DNA from: Callorhinchus milii
Lineage: Eukaryota
Direction of reading: 5' to 3'
Length of the DNA: 64,000 bases
Assembly (NCBI RefSeq): GCF_018977255.1
Contig: NW_024704743.1
Span: forward strand, 91,018,001-91,082,000
Shown here: positions 59,616-64,000 of the stretch, in pieces
How the letters are laid out: every line of letters starts with the position of its first letter
Position numbering within the stretch: position 1 is the stretch's first letter
Translations under genes and position numbers: made by a program
Notes under the pieces: model-generated
The model's input: the letters and a program-made list of their open reading frames with translations, nothing else
The model's database searches: none
Told to the model about the DNA's origin: nothing

Positions 59616-62600
59616 GCTTCCCCTCTGTGAACGTTAGCTGAGAACAAGTATTCCGGATCCTTTCCTGGGAGTGTGCTGTGAGCAGACACCATTCATTTTC
59701 CATTCCCAGTTATTATTGCTCATGCCAGTCTCATGATCAGATATTAGTGAATTCTCTCAATTCATTTACCCAACCTATCCAGACCCTTCTGGATTCTGCC
59801 TGCTGGTCCTTTCTCAAAGTAACCCTGCCTGTTAGCTTACACTTAATGCTTCACTTCACAATAAAATTCTGCTAAGATCTTTTAGTGTTTTCATGGTGTT
59901 ATATCAAATGCAAGGATTACTTTTTTTTTATTTGGCATCTTCAGCTAATTTGAGCAATGTGTTTCTCCAGCATATCCCAGGGGCATTCACTAACTGATTC
60001 TCGATGAACCATTGTCTTCTGTTTTCTTCATTGTGAACTAATTTTCATCTAGAAGTTTCCTTTCTTCCAAAACGTTCAAACTTGTGAATCAATCTCTGAC
60101 ACAACACTTTTTTAACGCCTTGCTAAAATCCAAATTTGTAATATATTAACTTCAAAGCAACTCATTGTATAAAGTGGTTTGAGATATTTCAGCATGTTAA
60201 GGTGTTATATTAAATGCAAGTGTTTTTATATTACAGTATTGAAATTTCACCAATACCATTTTGTCTTAAAATTCAAGATTACGCAGAACTATGGAAAATA
60301 CTTACATTCTTAGTTTAGAAGCCGGTTCCTTTGAATGACTGCAGAAAAATAACTTCAGAATTAAGAATGAATTTAAGAAATTTCAACATTGCTGTACCAT
60401 CTTCAGTTTTTTAGATTATGGATCTTATAGGCCAAGGTTTGGGGGAATTTCAGACCTTATAACAATAATAATCCTTGCATTCCATAAAGCGCCTTATGTC
60501 ATTGAAATTTTATAAAGTGCTTCACAGGAATTATTGTGAAGTGTAGTGTCTATTTTATAGGCAAATGTGCCAGAAGCCAAATTGCACAGCAATGTTTCAC
60601 AAATAGTCACGAAGTGAATGATTATTGACTTCACTAAGGTGTTCCTGGCAGCGAATGGAAGATAGGAAATTGCTGCATTGGCCTCCTCGCTCACCATTAA
60701 TATCTTTTGATCGACTGAGTTTCTGACACATGCGGAAACCTATCACTATGTATGCCACCTACACGTGGAAATTTCCATGTCTGGAATGGATTGCACACCT
60801 AAAGCAATGCACCCTGCTTACTGAATTCAGTCTACTCTCCAAGTCCTGCCGATGAGCCAGTTTAGAAGCTGATTCCTTTGAATAACTGTGCTGTCATCAG
60901 CAGTGATCTGGAGTCAGCAACCAGATTACTGAGCCCACACAGAGGGTTGACTTGATTCCAACAATCTTTTGCCAAGCATGTCACCTTGGAGCCAGCAAGG
61001 AGAGCCTGTTTAACCCTAAGGATGATGTAGCACACCATTAGCATCACAAGGATTTGATGTATAAATGCATCATAAACGTATTTGTTGAGATCTTAAATAT
61101 TTGTACTGGAGTAAAAAAAAACATCAGACAAAATGACATTGAGGCAGCAATTATACTGCGGCAGCGATTTTCACATGATCTGTAAATTGGTCCACGAGGG
61201 CTCAGTTTGCCTCAACAACAACAACAACTTGCATTTATAAAGCACCTCTCACCAGGGTAGAGTCCCAGAGCGCTTGCCTCCAAAGCATTGCATGTGAAGA
61301 GGAATTGGGCATAATGATAAGAAACGTTTGATTGTAAAAGTTCTCTCTCCATATTAGAAGAAGAGGCTTGTATATGAGAACTGTACCTGTCTACCCCACC
61401 CTCCTCTTCAGTGCCCCCGTTCAGGTGCTCAGGTGCCCAGTCAGCTATGTGAAACCTTTTGAGATGTCCTCTTGACGTGAAAGGCGGTGTATAAATGTAA
61501 ATCATATTTAAATTTATATCATAATAGGATGTTTTTTTAAGAATCAGTGAGTCTTCGGGCACCCTGGAGCCTGAGCTGCTGTCAAAGGAAGTGAAGCGTC
61601 GTTTTTACATTATTATTTACAAATGAAAGGAAGCGCAACCCAACAGAGCAGCATGTTTTAAATTTTGTGTCTGCGGACAGGTATAAATAAAGCAAAGGTT
61701 AAGCACAGTTTTAGGTGAGGCAAAACCGACCGAAAATGACAACCTGCATTTTTCTGCACATTTCTCCACACCATGTGCGATATTTCCAGAGAAGTCAGTA
61801 CTTAACCTCTAAGAATCTCCAAGCCTCTATCCCATGTGAAAGGGGACTATATAAATGCAAGTTGTTATAAACACAATTTGTTATTCTATTCTGCTACAGT
61901 GAAAAATTGCAATGCTTTTTAAGAGACTTGATGTGTTGATTATCGCAGTGAAGGGCAGAAATTCCATCTTTACTTGGTTTATGTAGCATTTTGAATATCC
62001 ACAATTTTGCATTAGTGTGAGGTTTAATGTTCGCAAAGGTAAATACGAAGTTAAAACGCAAGTGGTTAGCAACTACAATGGAAATTTCAGCATTAAAGTG
62101 ATTCAACCAGACCAGATATTCATACAAAGTGACCTTTAGTCATTGTTGATGAATAGTGATAAGTCACTACTGAATAGGAGAACTGCTGATAATGATAGAT
62201 AGTTGCTGAGCTTAGTCATTTCTGTCAAACCATTTTAGATTTATGATAAGCCTCATTCATTCTTCTACTGAGAAAGCCATCAAAGCCATCGAAGTGGGCA
62301 AAACACTCAACAGGAAACATTTGTTGTGGCCCAATACAAATGAAATCTTTCAGTTCGAAGCACGCTGATTCCCAATGACTGGTGACTGCAGAGCGTAGTG
62401 TCTGACCCCACCTTAGTAAAGTGCTGCGAGACATTATTGTACATGAGGATGCTATATAAATGCAAGTTGCTGCCCTCAGAATTAGTCCCAGTGTCGTGTT
62501 CAACAAGAGCAGTCATGCGTTCAGTGTAGATCTGCTGTAGCAAGTTTAATTAAAAATTATTTAGGTCAGGACAGCAAAGCTGTTTTGTTGACATTAATCA

Positions 62601-63179
62601 AAGCGGGTTATTGTTCATTCCTCTCCCATGGCTTTCTCTTTGTTTTCAGTGTTAGATTTCTTTTGTCTTTCATCCACTGTTACCACAAGTGCTAAGTGAA
62701 TAGGGAGCAAAAGGGAAAAAAAGATGTCCAGTCGTTTTGGTACTGATGAGTGTTGACAGGACAAACCCAAAGGAGACAAAGAGATCACAGAGACGTGCAG
62801 TATTGCACTGACGTATATTGTAAAGCTCTCTAGCCTGGCTGCTGCATGTGACCTGCTTAAACTCTGCCAAGCAGTGCCCTAACAGAGAAATGCAGATAAT
62901 GTATGTGAAGTGATTACTTGGTTTGATAATGGGCCAGTGCTGGAGATTAGATGTTAGGTTTAAACGTTCCACTCTTGTTTTCAGGGATCAGCAAAACCCT
63001 TCGTCAGTGCAATGTAAGTGGGTTACACTCAACGTTCCTACTGACTGTGTACCATAAAGATAATTATAGTGCAGCAACAGGCTTCCATGCTTATTATGCT
63101 TACACAGCTAAAAGAGAGAAAGAAAAAATAGCTGCATGGAGTATTGAATGAGAATCATCAGCTTGTGTAATAATAATAT

Positions 63180-63400
63180 TTAAATAATTTTTAAGTTTTA
63201 TATAGCACTTTTCATGTTGGGATGGCATCTCAAAGCGCTTCACAGGATTTACTCTAAAGTGCAGTGACTATGTATTTGTGGTTGAACTCAGCCGCCATTT
63301 TGCACACTGCAATGTCCCACAAGCAGCTATAAAGTGTATGGCCAATTTTGTCAGGGGGATTGTTGGCCAGGACACCGGAGAAACTCCCTTCTCTTTCCAA
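63180..63400 (-). mobile_element. Older Deu-type SINE 3' part
   Basis: Reverse complement of GGGAGTTTCTCCGGTGTCCTGGCCAACA..GTGGGACATTGCAGTG..tail. Confidence 0.75.
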
Positions 63401-64000
63401 AAATGAACTAAGGTTTTTATTCTACTTAGTTGCAGGAGTTTAACAAAGTGATCTAATTCTGATTTGTTGCCAGATTTGGTTTCAAATTCACATGGTTCAT
63501 TCTCAAATCATCAAACAAAATTATCTATACACAACGCCCCATAATCTTTTCAAAGAATACTACTTTATTGTCATTTAATTCAAAATCCTATTATCCTAAG
63601 TCCGTCTGATAGAATTTCCTAGAGTTTAATTTCCCTTAATTATCCACCAAGCAAATCTTTCATGAAAGTCTCATTAAAAAGGATACCGTGGCCTCAGACA
63701 TGATAGGTCAGGCTGCAGAAAGAAGTGAAAGTTTTCAAACATCTTGACAACCTATTAATCTCACACCCAATACCTAAGTGTGGGCTACACACTGTAACTT
63801 AATCTTAAATAAAACCCTCGTGGTGGATCTCAAATAGTTTCTAATGCTCATCACACACCCTGTTTATTGCCTATTGTAGGACTACGATACAAACATGGTC
63901 AACATATGCCACTCGCAACCAAGATGGATTCTCTTAAGAGGAAAATATGAGACATCCTGCTGCCTCCAGGGTGCTGGCCTCGATACTTTTTAGGTCAGGT

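Noticed and set aside
28100..64000. ATP6V0D2 exons expected from human PSKH2 synteny
   Set aside because: No ELYFNVD.GYLEGL-like or other recognisable exon seen, so synteny cannot be confirmed here.

Overview
Eukaryotic, repeat-rich vertebrate DNA. The SINE/L2/CR1/Penelope repeat mix suggests a cartilaginous fish, possibly a holocephalan (inference). Only one host gene is recognisable: a minus-strand PSKH-family Ser/Thr kinase with coding exon 1 at 28087-27858 and exon 2 at 20227-19561. Its last coding exon was not found and probably lies left of the window. Intron position and kinase-domain residues favour PSKH2, but the catalytic HRD is intact and the N-terminus is PSKH1-like (MGCGTSK). The rest is intronic or intergenic: several L2 LINE subfamilies (two near-full-length, with nested insertions), CR1 LINE 3' fragments and many tRNA-Ala-headed Deu-domain SINEs with an L2-like tail. 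There is also a Penelope-like pLTR with a degenerate hammerhead ribozyme, a 115-bp Tc1/mariner-type MITE, a U2 snRNA 5' fragment, and several inverted or direct duplications. Most ORFs in the supplied track are repeat-derived or spurious. The most novel-looking signal is a leader on both long L2 copies: a signal-peptide-like segment followed by a YxxxxLL (eIF4E-binding-like) motif, upstream of the endonuclease. Repeat boundaries are estimated by eye, and family names come from recalled motifs, not database searches.
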